From NCBI GenBank assembly GCA_965223265.1, contig OZ244999.1:3360001-3424000 (forward strand): a stretch of 64,000 nt of DNA, written 5' to 3'. A program made the translations under genes and the position numbers. Of this stretch, positions 42,501-51,834 are shown one piece after another. The notes below the pieces were generated by a model. It ran no database searches. It was not told where the DNA came from and saw only the letters and a program-made list of their open reading frames with translations. Numbering within the stretch: the stretch's first letter is position 1; each line of letters starts with the position of its first letter. This stretch comes from Planctomycetota bacterium (GTDB lineage Bacteria > Planctomycetota > UBA8108 > SXIK01).

Positions 42501-44237
42501 TACCGCCGTGCGGGCGAAACAGGAGCATTCGTTCTGACCCACCTGCTTGGACAGTCGATCGAAGAGCTGATTCCGAAGATCCAAGCATACCGCGAAGCGA
42601 GGCAGAATCACGGGTACGATCCGTCAACGGGTAGAGTGACCCTTATGCTTCACACCTTCGTTGGCGACAGCGATGCTGAAGCACGCGAGCTGGTCAGGGG
42701 GCCGCTGAAAGAATACCTCGGAAGCTCACTCAACCTGATCAAGAAGTACGCTTGGGCGTTTCCGACTTTCAAGAAACCTCAAGACAGCGAGGCTGCGCCG
42801 GAAGATGAATTCGAAAAACTGACCGACGCGGATCATGAGGCTATTCTCGAGCATGCGTTCGAGCGCTACTACACGTCGAGTGGGCTTCTCGGAGACGTAG
42901 GCCATTGTCTCGATCGCGTCGAAGAGCTAGGTGCTGCGGGGGTTGACGAGATCGCCTGTCTGGTCGACTTCGGCGTTGGTGAGTCCGACGTCCTCAGAGC
43001 ATTGCCGCGACTTGACGCAGTGCGCCAGAGAGGGCAAGCAGGTCGAGCGGATGGCCCAAGTGGCCACTCCTCGATTGCAGATCTGATGCGGCGACATCGC
43101 GTCACGCATTTTCAATGCACACCGTCGATGATCCGCATCCTCATGCAAGACCCCGACGCGCGCGCATCGTTCGGCGGTTTGAAACATCTCTTGCTCGGCG
43201 GCGAAGCGTTTCCCGAGGATCTACTGGGCGAACTGCGGACAGTCGTTGGGGGGCGCATCACGAACATGTACGGTCCGACGGAGACGACGGTGTGGTCGTC
43301 GGTTCACGACGTCGGACCGGACGCTGAACGCGTACCAATCGGGCGCCCGGTCGCCAACACGAAGCTCTACGTCCTCAACGGCGAGTTAGAGCCAGTACCG
43401 GTCGGGGTGCCTGGCGAGCTCTACATTGGGGGAGCCGGCGTGACCCGAGGCTACTTGCACCAACCTGAATTGACCGCGCAGCGTTTTCTAGAGGACCCGT
43501 TCGACACGAACTCGGGACGGATCTACCGAACCGGAGATCTTGTCCGCGTTGGTCCCGACGGGGTCGTCGAGTTTCTCGGCCGCACAGACTATCAAGTAAA
43601 GATCCGCGGGCACCGCGTTGAGCTCGAGGAGATCGAGGCGCAGCTCGGTCGGCACCCAAGCGTGAAGACAGCAGCAGTGGTCATTCGCCAAGTCGGCGCC
43701 GATGACTCCTCGCTTGTTGCCTTCCTGGAGTGTCCTACCACCCCGCCGGCGACGAAAGAACTTCGCACGTTCTTACGCCGGGAGCTTCCGGACTACATGT
43801 GCCCGTCACGATTCGCCTTCGTCGACTCGATGCCCCTAACGACCAACGGGAAAATCGATCGCAAAGGCCTCCCCGACCTCAGCGAGGTAAGAACCGCGAC
43901 CCGCGAGGTGGAACTCGTCGCACCTGCAAACGACACTGAATCAAGTCTAGCGCAGATTTGGCAGGATCTCCTCGAAATCCCAGCTGTGAGCGTGCGCGAG
44001 AACTTCTTCGATCTAGGCGGTAACTCGTTGCTGGTCGTCCGACTCCAGAGGGAGCTGGAGAGTCGACTCGGCCTCAAGTGCTCGCTGACTGACCTGTACC
44101 GCCACCCGACGATTCACTCCTTCGCTGCTTCTCTGGCTGGAGAACCTAGGGAATCTCTCGCGACGGATGCGGGGCGCGGAAAACGTCGCCGAGAGGCGCT
44201 ACAACGACGGCGACGGGGAAAGCAGGGAGCTCAATGA
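39555..44237 (+). CDS. Single-module NRPS: formyltransferase - degenerate C-like region - A domain interrupted by a MupA/Atu3671-type luciferase-like monooxygenase - PCP
   Basis: INFHDGPLPRYAG and DAGDI (formyltransferase); YTSGSTGSPKG, FDISV, then VWTPERHFH...HHPIRVAEDW (LLM), then NMYGPTE, YRTGDL, NGKIDR; PCP FFDLGGNSL; no TE or R domain. Confidence 0.92.
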   Translation: MPKNEHDAVFVGNDVLLIECARRWRERGHAVSRVVTEAKKVSMWAQAEGISVCTSAEAAWEDRESTDFLFSISYLDVLPREAISLATEGAINFHDGPLPRYAGLNTPVWALINRENKYGITWHLLESQIDAGDIVCQRLFDLEPGDTAVSVNTKCFQAAIDGFEELLDRLERGELERRAQDQTQRSYYRKYQRPPAACVIDWTRSAKEIEALVRALDFGRYRNPVGVAKLVKQGKAFCVRKARIGADENDASPGTVIAVEPAEITVATGDGLLAIQSVSTLEGREVSLDDLATELRLTPGARLDLLSPEMHEELTGYAESLARSEEFWAQRLHELSPLDARALFPERAGGRLTNTSARSLPIAVPRSFAEAFTNLGLAEALSGAIGAYLSRLCNEHEFDIGFVGDALRRQSARFDAFTTPVVPLHFRFAPDQRFDTFMNSLIWELDQVRTHQTWLRDLVSRVSDLHGRVDLTRRSVCPIVISVQEPGETLHLADADLAFAITDDFEACHCIFNSSIFDSAAVVALVARLEAFLAQIASQPDAPISALNLLPDAEREKLICEWNQTEVDVPQDVCVHQLIEEQARKSPSAVAVVVDEREFTYEQLDERANELAAYLAHRGVGPESIVGICLERSIDALVSIIGIHKAGGCYLPLDPSLPRDRIAFVLKDSQASLVLTHEALRSTLPDGEFELVSIDAEWDEIRATEVPPVAALPVGANAAYVTYTSGSTGSPKGVVVEHRNVVNFFVAMDRCIGNDAGGVWLAVTNLSFDISVLELLWTLARGFKIVLYSGSESHRPRKRKTTAASVALSLYYFSSHEGADDRRYRLLHEGAKFADEHGFEAVWTPERHFHAFGGLYPNPAVTSAALATITQRVHLRAGSVVLPLHHPIRVAEDWAVVDNLSGGRVGISFASGWQPADFVLAPENYADAKEIMFRNIELVQRLWRGETVNFPGPKGDVSVRTLPRPTQSELPTWVTTAGNIDTYRRAGETGAFVLTHLLGQSIEELIPKIQAYREARQNHGYDPSTGRVTLMLHTFVGDSDAEARELVRGPLKEYLGSSLNLIKKYAWAFPTFKKPQDSEAAPEDEFEKLTDADHEAILEHAFERYYTSSGLLGDVGHCLDRVEELGAAGVDEIACLVDFGVGESDVLRALPRLDAVRQRGQAGRADGPSGHSSIADLMRRHRVTHFQCTPSMIRILMQDPDARASFGGLKHLLLGGEAFPEDLLGELRTVVGGRITNMYGPTETTVWSSVHDVGPDAERVPIGRPVANTKLYVLNGELEPVPVGVPGELYIGGAGVTRGYLHQPELTAQRFLEDPFDTNSGRIYRTGDLVRVGPDGVVEFLGRTDYQVKIRGHRVELEEIEAQLGRHPSVKTAAVVIRQVGADDSSLVAFLECPTTPPATKELRTFLRRELPDYMCPSRFAFVDSMPLTTNGKIDRKGLPDLSEVRTATREVELVAPANDTESSLAQIWQDLLEIPAVSVRENFFDLGGNSLLVVRLQRELESRLGLKCSLTDLYRHPTIHSFAASLAGEPRESLATDAGRGKRRREALQRRRRGKQGAQ

Positions 44238-44923
44238 CCACTGAGGCGCAACACGCTGCAGCGTCGGCGCCGTTGCAGCCCAGCGCGATCGCGCCTCTGT
44301 TCCCCGCAGGTGTGATCGTTGAGACCGAACTGGCTTGCTGTGACCCGGTCCGCGCCGCTTCGAAGCGCCAGGCGGCACGAAACTCTCGCGCGGCAGAGCG
44401 CGACGCCGGACGACGCGCTGCACTGCGGGCGCTACGTCGTCTCGGATGCCATGAGGGTGCGCTCGACTCTCAGGCCAATGGTGCACCGGTGTGGCCGCGG
44501 GGATTCGTAGGCAGCATTTCGCACACTGTCGGTCAATGCATCTCGATTGTCGCGCGGCGTGACGATTTCGTCTCGGTCGGCGTCGACATCGAGCCCTTTA
44601 TCGGTATACCGCCAGATCTCTGGAGCACGATTTGCACGCCAGCTGAACTCGATTGGTTGCGCTACGGTCGCAACGACCAGGAAGATTTGGCGCGCCTGAT
44701 TTTCTCCGCGAAGGAGAGTGTCTATAAGTGCCAATTTCCCGAGACCGACAGATTCCTGGAGTTTACAGACGTCAGGCTCTGTCTCGATCTGTGCAGCCAT
44801 CACTTTTCTGTAGGACAAACGAGTGACACGACGCTGGACCAGGTTTTGCTGCGCATCTTGGGGAGCTGGGCCGTGGCCGACTCTTGGCTTGTCACTTTCG
44901 CAGCCCTTCCGGAGCCGCGGTAG
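44234..44923 (+). CDS. 4'-phosphopantetheinyl transferase (EntD/Sfp-like)
   Basis: GSISHT, VGVDIE, FSAKESVYK; ATGA-coupled to the NRPS. Confidence 0.92.
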   Translation: MTTEAQHAAASAPLQPSAIAPLFPAGVIVETELACCDPVRAASKRQAARNSRAAERDAGRRAALRALRRLGCHEGALDSQANGAPVWPRGFVGSISHTVGQCISIVARRDDFVSVGVDIEPFIGIPPDLWSTICTPAELDWLRYGRNDQEDLARLIFSAKESVYKCQFPETDRFLEFTDVRLCLDLCSHHFSVGQTSDTTLDQVLLRILGSWAVADSWLVTFAALPEPR

Positions 44924-45228
44924 GTCGAAGACGCATTGATCAACTGAATTTGGGGCGCGAGCAGAAGCCACAGCGACCGTCGTTTATGGGTTCATCGGCC
45001 GCTTTCTCGTCGTCCTACCATTGGGCTAATTTTTTCACGCCCTCATTCCGACGACCAGAGAGAGGACCACGTGTCCGCTGCGCATCGACTCCCCGTGTTG
45101 ACACCTGGAGCTGTTCGGCTTAGATGTACTCGCCCCTAGCGAACGAGGAGACGTTTGCCGCTAGGTTCAGTCCATACGGCGGATGCGCAACTGTAGGGAA
45201 TCGCATCGAGCTTAGAAGGCAATCGCTG

Positions 45229-46113
45229 ATGAAGAGTCTGCGCAGCGTTTATTTGCTAGGTGGATCAGTACGGCGTTCGCCTCTGACCGCAGCTCTCGGA
45301 CGCTCGGCGATCGATCTTCCTATCGACCCTGACCGCAGCGTGCTCGGCGCTTGGCAGAGTCACGTTGGAGATCTCGCGCAGCGCAATGGAAGTGATTCGC
45401 TTGCACTTCGAGTGATCCTGGACCGCACTGCCCCAGAACCGGCCCCACGACAATCTCCTTTTGGCGTCGAGCTTTCAATCGAGCGCGACCCGATTGAGTT
45501 TCGCGGCACCGCCGGCGTGCTGAAAGACGTCACCTCCGAACTCTCCGACGATGAGCTCATCTTGGTTGGTAACGCCTCGCAACTGCTTTTGCGGCCCCTG
45601 GCGACGTTGGTGGACGCTTTGGCTGACGAGGCAGCCGACTTCGTCGCTTTGTCGCACGCCGACGGCACACCAAGCGGGCTGATGCTGCTGCGGCGCGCCT
45701 GTCTGACGCTCATCCCCGACATCGGATTTATCGACATGAAGGAACAGGCGATCCCAATGATCGCAAAGGATTTCACGGTTCGCATCATCGAACACCCTGA
45801 ACGAACAGGTGTCCCCATGCGGACCTGTGCAGAGTACGTCTCGGCACTACAGTTCTATCACCGGCGCAATGTCGGTAGTGCCGCTGAGAACGATCCCTTC
45901 GCGGAGGAGTGGCGTTCGTCATTCGCGATCGTTGAGAAGGGAGCCGAGGTAGGTCAAGACGTGGTCATTCATGACTCTGTGGTGCTGGCCGGCGCGCGCG
46001 TTGAGGAACAGGCCTTTCTTGTCCGCTCCATTGTTGGTTCAATGGGAACCATTCGTGGCCATCAAACGGTGGTGAATCAGGTTGTTTCCGCCGGGGTCAG
46101 AGAATCGCTGTGA
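45229..46113 (+). CDS. Sugar-phosphate nucleotidyltransferase-like protein with degenerate active site
   Basis: VYLLGG..RRSPL, RGTAGVLK, C-terminal LbH-like VIHDSVVLAGARV. Confidence 0.68.
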   Translation: MKSLRSVYLLGGSVRRSPLTAALGRSAIDLPIDPDRSVLGAWQSHVGDLAQRNGSDSLALRVILDRTAPEPAPRQSPFGVELSIERDPIEFRGTAGVLKDVTSELSDDELILVGNASQLLLRPLATLVDALADEAADFVALSHADGTPSGLMLLRRACLTLIPDIGFIDMKEQAIPMIAKDFTVRIIEHPERTGVPMRTCAEYVSALQFYHRRNVGSAAENDPFAEEWRSSFAIVEKGAEVGQDVVIHDSVVLAGARVEEQAFLVRSIVGSMGTIRGHQTVVNQVVSAGVRESL

Positions 46114-46123
46114 GTCAGAGTGA

Positions 46124-47647
46124 TTGGAGGCTCGCCGAAAGTTGCCTGAAATGCAGGTGTTAGACCAAAACACGTCGACGGATCTCGCGCCCCCGACGTT
46201 GTGGGGGTTACCACCAGTGCAACTTCACGACAGCTTTTGGGCCGCTGCCGGTGTCCAGGTCGTACGGCGCGACGAGGAGCTGGACATCGACCAGAACGCT
46301 GGGCTCTATCTCCTTTGCGACTCCAACATGCTCGTCCTGTTCGAGCTGCCCCGTATCAGCCATGCCTTCAGCAGTGGCCGCACGAAAGCGATCATCTTCC
46401 GCGTCGCGGATCGCTTCGACGAAGGATACCGAGAAATCGCCGTCACTACGGACAACGAACGGAGTGTCCGATTCGAGCGGGTCTATCGCAATAGTGCACC
46501 ACGGATTTCTCGCTTGATTCTAACGACGGACCCCAAGATCGCGACCGAGTGGTGTACGACCGCCGAGGCGAGGTCCAGCTGGCGACTGATGTTCGAGTTG
46601 ATATCTCCAGTCTCGCGCACGGTCTCGACCGAGGATGGAAGGATTTTCGATCTCGAGTCAGAAAGAGAAGTGATGGACTTTGTGCGCGAGCTGCTCACGC
46701 GGTGGAAGTCACCGAACAGCGTCATCGATCGTGTGCGGGAGATTCGCTCGGGGGTGTGGGTCGACCATGATGCGGTGATCGCGGACAACGCAAGGCTTGT
46801 GGGGCCGCTCTGGGTTGGATCGGGTAGAGAGATCGATTCGCGCACGACCGCAGCCGGACCAGCCGTGATGTGGGACGCGCCGGATGCGAGGCCGAGCACC
46901 AACGGATTCTCGATCGCGCGGCTCAATGGTGCGATGGTGCGTGGATCGTCGCCGCGTCGATCGCGGTGTTGCCCGAAGACTTACTTCGGCAAACGCACGC
47001 TCGACATCATGATTTCGCTCGTCGCATTGGCGATCACGTTGCCATTCTATCCGTTGATTATGCTGGTCATTTGGTTGGATGACCGACGTCCGTTTTTTTT
47101 CGCGCATCAACGTGAGACGGTCGGTGGGACCGACTTTCCGTGCATCAAGTTTCGCACGATGCGGCGCGACGCAGAAAAACTCGCAGAGAAATTTGCCGCA
47201 CAGAATCAAGCCGACGGCCCTCAGGTCAATATCAAAGACGACCCTCGCTTGCTCCGCGTCGGCTCATTCCTTCGCAAAGCGAACATCGATGAACTGCCGC
47301 AATTCTTCAACGTGCTTCTCGGTCATATGTCCGTCGTCGGGCCGCGGCCGAGCCCCTTCAAAGAGAATCAGTTCTGCCCACCCTGGCGCGAGGGACGTCT
47401 GAGCGTCAGGCCTGGCATCACGGGACTTTGGCAAGTGTGTCGAACGCGTGAACCAGGAATCGACTTTCAGGAGTGGGTACGCTACGACCTCGAGTACGTC
47501 GAAAAGATGTCGCTGAAGCTCGACCTATGGATCCTCTGCCGTACCGTGGTCACCATCATTCGTCCGATCCTCCAAAAGCTGAAATCGAAGTCAAAGCGTG
47601 CGGCCGCAGACAGCGACGAGCAGACGCCTCGGAATCCAGAGTCGTGA
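46124..47647 (+). CDS. Priming polyprenyl-phosphate sugar transferase (Bac_transf) with N-terminal extension
   Basis: KRTLDI, IKFRTM, DDPR, IDELPQFFNVLLGHMSVVGPRP, RPGITGLWQV; start TTG 46124 or ATG 46151. Confidence 0.92.
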   Translation: MEARRKLPEMQVLDQNTSTDLAPPTLWGLPPVQLHDSFWAAAGVQVVRRDEELDIDQNAGLYLLCDSNMLVLFELPRISHAFSSGRTKAIIFRVADRFDEGYREIAVTTDNERSVRFERVYRNSAPRISRLILTTDPKIATEWCTTAEARSSWRLMFELISPVSRTVSTEDGRIFDLESEREVMDFVRELLTRWKSPNSVIDRVREIRSGVWVDHDAVIADNARLVGPLWVGSGREIDSRTTAAGPAVMWDAPDARPSTNGFSIARLNGAMVRGSSPRRSRCCPKTYFGKRTLDIMISLVALAITLPFYPLIMLVIWLDDRRPFFFAHQRETVGGTDFPCIKFRTMRRDAEKLAEKFAAQNQADGPQVNIKDDPRLLRVGSFLRKANIDELPQFFNVLLGHMSVVGPRPSPFKENQFCPPWREGRLSVRPGITGLWQVCRTREPGIDFQEWVRYDLEYVEKMSLKLDLWILCRTVVTIIRPILQKLKSKSKRAAADSDEQTPRNPES

Positions 47648-47662
47648 CTTCGATTCGCGGCT

Positions 47663-49156
47663 CTATAAAAGCTCTTGAATGACTTCGCCTTCGGCGTCGG
47701 TGAGCCGCTCCTGGCGACCGTTATGGAGAACCGTCAGGTCGAAATGGTCGAGGCCCAGGAGGTGAAGAATCGTAGCGTGGAGATCGTTGACGTGGCAGCG
47801 ATGTTCGACGGCGCGCAGGCCAAGCTCGTCGGTCGCACCGACAATGCGTCCTCCCTGGACTCCTCCGCCCGCCATCCAGAAGCTGAATCCGAATGGGTTG
47901 TGATCGCGTCCATACTTTCCCTGAGACATGGGAGTGCGTCCGAACTCCCCGCCCCAGACGACCAGCGTCGAGTCGAGCAGGCCGCGCTGACGTAGATCTT
48001 TGAGCAAGGCTGCGACGGGCTGGTCGGACTGACGCGCCATGCGCTTGTGGTTTTCTTCCACATTGCCGTGTGCATCCCAGGTCAAATTGCCGGGCCCGCC
48101 GCCGTGATAAAGCTGCACGAAACGGACGCCGCGCTCGACGAGGCGACGGGCAAGAAGACACCGTCGTCCGAATTCGGCGGTTGTCGCGTTCTCGAGCCCA
48201 TAGAGCTCGCGGGTGGCTTGTGGCTCCCGCGTCAAATCGACGGCTTCCGGTGCGTGAGCTTGCATGCGAAACGCCAGCTCATAGGCCGCCGCTCGCGCAT
48301 CGAGCTCGTCGTCGACTCCGTTTCTCTGGAGATCATTCAGCTCCCGAAGTAGGTCCAGGCTGCGACGCTGTTGCGAGCGGCTTCGATTGCCGGCTGGTTT
48401 GAGGTCGAAAATTGGATGGTCGCCGGGGTGCAGAATCGTGCCCTGATAAACAGCGGGCAAAAATCCTGAGCTCCAGCAAGGCGGACCGCCAGTGAGCGGA
48501 CCGTCCGGGTCGAGCATGACTACGAACGCCGGCAGGTTTTGCGATTCGCTGCCGAGACCGTAGAGCACCCACGAGCCAAGACTGGGGAATCCCATGAGTG
48601 TGCGTCCGCTGTTCATCTGGTACATCGCGGGCGCGTGCGTGACGCTGTCGGCGTGGCAGGAGCGAATCACGGAGATGTCATCCACGCACGTCGACAGATG
48701 CGGAAACAGGTCTGAGACTTCGATGCCGGAGTTGCCGCAGCGGGAAAAGCTGCGGTGACAACGGAGCAGGAGAGATTTCTCGGTCGTCCGCTGCGTCATG
48801 ACGTTCCCGAAGCTTGGCGGCAACGGTTGACCATGAAGACGACCCAGGAGCGGCTTGGGGTCAAACGTCTCCATTTGGCTCGGCCCGCCAACCATAAACA
48901 GAAAAATCACGGACTTGGCCTGCGGCGCGAAGTCAGCTGATTTCGGTGCCAACGGAGCCGCCGCTGAGTCGTTGCGGTTGGACCCGCCTCGCTGCTTGGC
49001 CTCTAGGACACCTTCTTCAGCCAGCAAAGAAGCCAAAGCGATGGAGCCGAAACCCATACCGCTTTCAGTCAAGAAGCGGCGACGAGAGGTCGTACGACCC
49101 GGGCCAAGGCAGCGTTGAAGAGGACTCATGGAGTGATGCGACGTTGGCATGGACAT
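47663..49156 (-). CDS. DUF1501 domain protein
   Basis: SRRRFL Tat-like motif, [46 protein letters not shown]. Confidence 0.92.
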   Translation of the reverse strand: MSMPTSHHSMSPLQRCLGPGRTTSRRRFLTESGMGFGSIALASLLAEEGVLEAKQRGGSNRNDSAAAPLAPKSADFAPQAKSVIFLFMVGGPSQMETFDPKPLLGRLHGQPLPPSFGNVMTQRTTEKSLLLRCHRSFSRCGNSGIEVSDLFPHLSTCVDDISVIRSCHADSVTHAPAMYQMNSGRTLMGFPSLGSWVLYGLGSESQNLPAFVVMLDPDGPLTGGPPCWSSGFLPAVYQGTILHPGDHPIFDLKPAGNRSRSQQRRSLDLLRELNDLQRNGVDDELDARAAAYELAFRMQAHAPEAVDLTREPQATRELYGLENATTAEFGRRCLLARRLVERGVRFVQLYHGGGPGNLTWDAHGNVEENHKRMARQSDQPVAALLKDLRQRGLLDSTLVVWGGEFGRTPMSQGKYGRDHNPFGFSFWMAGGGVQGGRIVGATDELGLRAVEHRCHVNDLHATILHLLGLDHFDLTVLHNGRQERLTDAEGEVIQELL

Positions 49157-49161
49157 TCTGC

Positions 49162-51522
49162 TCAATGGATCCAAACGAACTCATCCAGATTGAACATGAC
49201 GAGGCAAAAATCCGCCAGGGCTTCGGTGTCGAAAGGCCCTGCGGCGGGGTGCGTGGTGGGGGCCGTGGTGAACGTGTTCGGCGCACTCGCGAGTGGGGCG
49301 TTTGCGTGCCGTTTTTCGTTCTTCAGAGATTCGGTGTGCCGCCGGAGGAACTCGACGCTTGCTTGCCGCTCCGCAACCGTTGGCGATCGCCCGAACGCTA
49401 GGGTATACGCACGTTCGACCCACCTGGCGGCTTCACCGGCGTTCCCTTCGTCCAGCAATCGCGCGGCGAAGGCGCGCGATGCGTTGTGTATGAATTCGCT
49501 GTTGAGAAGATTGAGCGCTTGGCCGACGTGTGTGCTGCGCGAACGCTCGCCACACGAGACGACCGTGTCCGGGGCGTCAAAAACGGTGAAGATCGTCGGT
49601 CTCAGGTTGCGTTTAACGAAAAGGTAGACACTGCGCCTCGCGTGGTCGCGGGGGTCGGCGTTAGGGATCCATTTACCCTTGTACATCTGCGACTCGAGTT
49701 CCCTCCCGAGAGGCGTTCGCACGCCCGGGCCGCCTCGGCGGCGCTGGAGTTTGCCCGAAACGGCAAGCACTGCATCGCGGAGCGGTTCTGCCTCGAGACG
49801 TTTGCGGCGGGCCCGCCAAAGAAGGCTGTTCTCTGGATCGACGTCACGGGCCGCAGGTCGGTCCACGCTGGCTTGCTGGTAGACCGACGACAGCAGGAGG
49901 AGACGCTGCAGGTGCTTGAGGCTCCAACCAGATTCGACCAGCTCCACCGCAAGCCAATCGAGAAGCTCCGGGTGAGACGGCGCCGCTCCGTGACCGCCGA
50001 AATCGTTCGGTGTTGTCACAAGTCCGGCGCCGAAGAGGTGCTGCCACATGCGGTTGACCATGACGCGCGCGGTGAGTGGATTCTCAGGCGACGTGAGCCA
50101 CTGCGACAGCCACGTGCGACGTCCCGTGGAGCGTGAATCTCCCGACGGTGCCGGTTGCAGCCTTGCCGGTGGCTGCGCCGGTGGCGACAGCGACGAGGGA
50201 ACTCCGGGGCCGACTTGCACGCCGTGATCTCCCGGAACGCCTCGGACCAGGACAAAGGTGGCCGGAGCCTTCGGTGCTCCCTCAGTGACCGACATGAGGG
50301 CCGGTGGAGGCGTCGGTCTCTGCAGCACGTGGGCATCCATTAGCCCAACGAGCCGTTGGTGCCTGGCGGCGGCATCGTCCGTGAGCGCGTCGGCAAGCTC
50401 AAGGCGCGTAATCGACAGCGAAGTGGCTGCTTCTACCGCCAGCTGCTCCTCCAGCTCGGTGCGCTCGCCCTCCGGTTGCTCGAGGGCGCGCTGCATCGCC
50501 ACCGGCAGGGCGGAGCGTTTCACGTCCATCAATCGCTCGCGAAACGGCTCTTCGAGTTCCTTTAATCGCTCCGTCAGGCGGTCATTTTCGGCCTGCCACA
50601 CTTCCATCGCGGCGTCGTGTGCGGCGAGAACGTCCGGCGGCGCAAGTGAGATATCGCGTGGCTGTGTGGCGGCGAAGAACGCCTGCAAGCGATAGTAGTC
50701 ATCTTGCGACACCGGGTCGAAACGGTGATCGTGGCACTTCGCGCAGCCAATCGTCAGGCCGAGAAACGCCGTGCCGACCATGTCGGTCATCTCGACGAGC
50801 AGCTCCTGGCGATTCTTCGCTTCATCCTGCATGCCACCATTGAGGCGTAGAGGGCCGAGACGGTGAACACCTACCGCGGTGAGGGCTGCGGGATCCTCCG
50901 GCGCGATTTCGTCACCGGCAATCTGCAATTGAACGAACTCGTCATACGGCAGATCCGTCACCAAGGCATCAATCACCCAATCGCGGTATCTCCAAGCGTG
51001 TGGGCGTGGATCGTCGTACTCAAAACCGTCACTGTCGGCATAGCGCACGACGTCGAACCAGTGCTGTCCCCAACGCTCGCCATAGGCCGCACTGGCGAGA
51101 AGCCGATCGACGACCTTCGTAAAAGCATCGGGGGACTCGTCAGCGACGAAGTCCGCGATCTCCGCCGGAGTTGGCGGCAGGCCGGTGAGGTCGAACGTGA
51201 CGCGGCGCAGAAGAGCACGGCGGCCCGCGCGTGGTGACATAGTGAGACCTTTGGCGTGCAGACCTGCAGCCACGAAAGCGTCGACCGGCGTGCGGACGCT
51301 CGCGCCGTCGATCTCCGGCACGGCCGGCCGCTGGGGCGGCTGGAAGGACCAAAGCGTCCCCGCGTGCGCGGTCGTCTCCGTTTCTGGGTTTGCGACGGCC
51401 TCCAGCCCCGGCATCAGCACGGTACTGAGCGCAGCGAACGCCAGGGCGCGCAGAACGGCAGACAGTTTTCGTGATGCGAAGCCTTGCCCACGAGGCAGGC
51501 TTTTCCGCTGCTGCGACGTCAC
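49162..51522 (-). CDS. DUF1549/DUF1553 (planctomycete PSD1) protein
   Basis: [50 protein letters not shown]. Confidence 0.93.
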   Translation of the reverse strand: MTSQQRKSLPRGQGFASRKLSAVLRALAFAALSTVLMPGLEAVANPETETTAHAGTLWSFQPPQRPAVPEIDGASVRTPVDAFVAAGLHAKGLTMSPRAGRRALLRRVTFDLTGLPPTPAEIADFVADESPDAFTKVVDRLLASAAYGERWGQHWFDVVRYADSDGFEYDDPRPHAWRYRDWVIDALVTDLPYDEFVQLQIAGDEIAPEDPAALTAVGVHRLGPLRLNGGMQDEAKNRQELLVEMTDMVGTAFLGLTIGCAKCHDHRFDPVSQDDYYRLQAFFAATQPRDISLAPPDVLAAHDAAMEVWQAENDRLTERLKELEEPFRERLMDVKRSALPVAMQRALEQPEGERTELEEQLAVEAATSLSITRLELADALTDDAAARHQRLVGLMDAHVLQRPTPPPALMSVTEGAPKAPATFVLVRGVPGDHGVQVGPGVPSSLSPPAQPPARLQPAPSGDSRSTGRRTWLSQWLTSPENPLTARVMVNRMWQHLFGAGLVTTPNDFGGHGAAPSHPELLDWLAVELVESGWSLKHLQRLLLLSSVYQQASVDRPAARDVDPENSLLWRARRKRLEAEPLRDAVLAVSGKLQRRRGGPGVRTPLGRELESQMYKGKWIPNADPRDHARRSVYLFVKRNLRPTIFTVFDAPDTVVSCGERSRSTHVGQALNLLNSEFIHNASRAFAARLLDEGNAGEAARWVERAYTLAFGRSPTVAERQASVEFLRRHTESLKNEKRHANAPLASAPNTFTTAPTTHPAAGPFDTEALADFCLVMFNLDEFVWIH

Positions 51523-51834
51523 AGTCGGCGACCTCTCAATCGATCTTCACCGTAGACTCGAAACCATCACCGAGCGGCCGGGCGGTCGTCCTTCGCACCA
51601 CACCGCTGCTCCCATTGAACCAAACCGGCGCATCGAGTCGCAACGTCTTTCCCGGGCGCGAGTAAGAGTCGCTGACTCGTCGGCGCCGGCGCGCTTGCCG
51701 CTGCGGCCACGAGCGGCCTGTTAAAACGCGCGTTTCGGGCGACTTTGGGCCGAGGACGGCGGCCGTAGGGTAGGAGCGCTCGAGCGAATCTCTGAGGCCT
51801 GCGTCTCAGAAGGTTCTCAGCTCCAGCGTGGCTT

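Noticed and set aside
51713-51810. Possible fifth MITE copy (CGGCCTGTTAAAA...)
   Set aside because: Similarity is limited to the TIR-like start; too weak by eye
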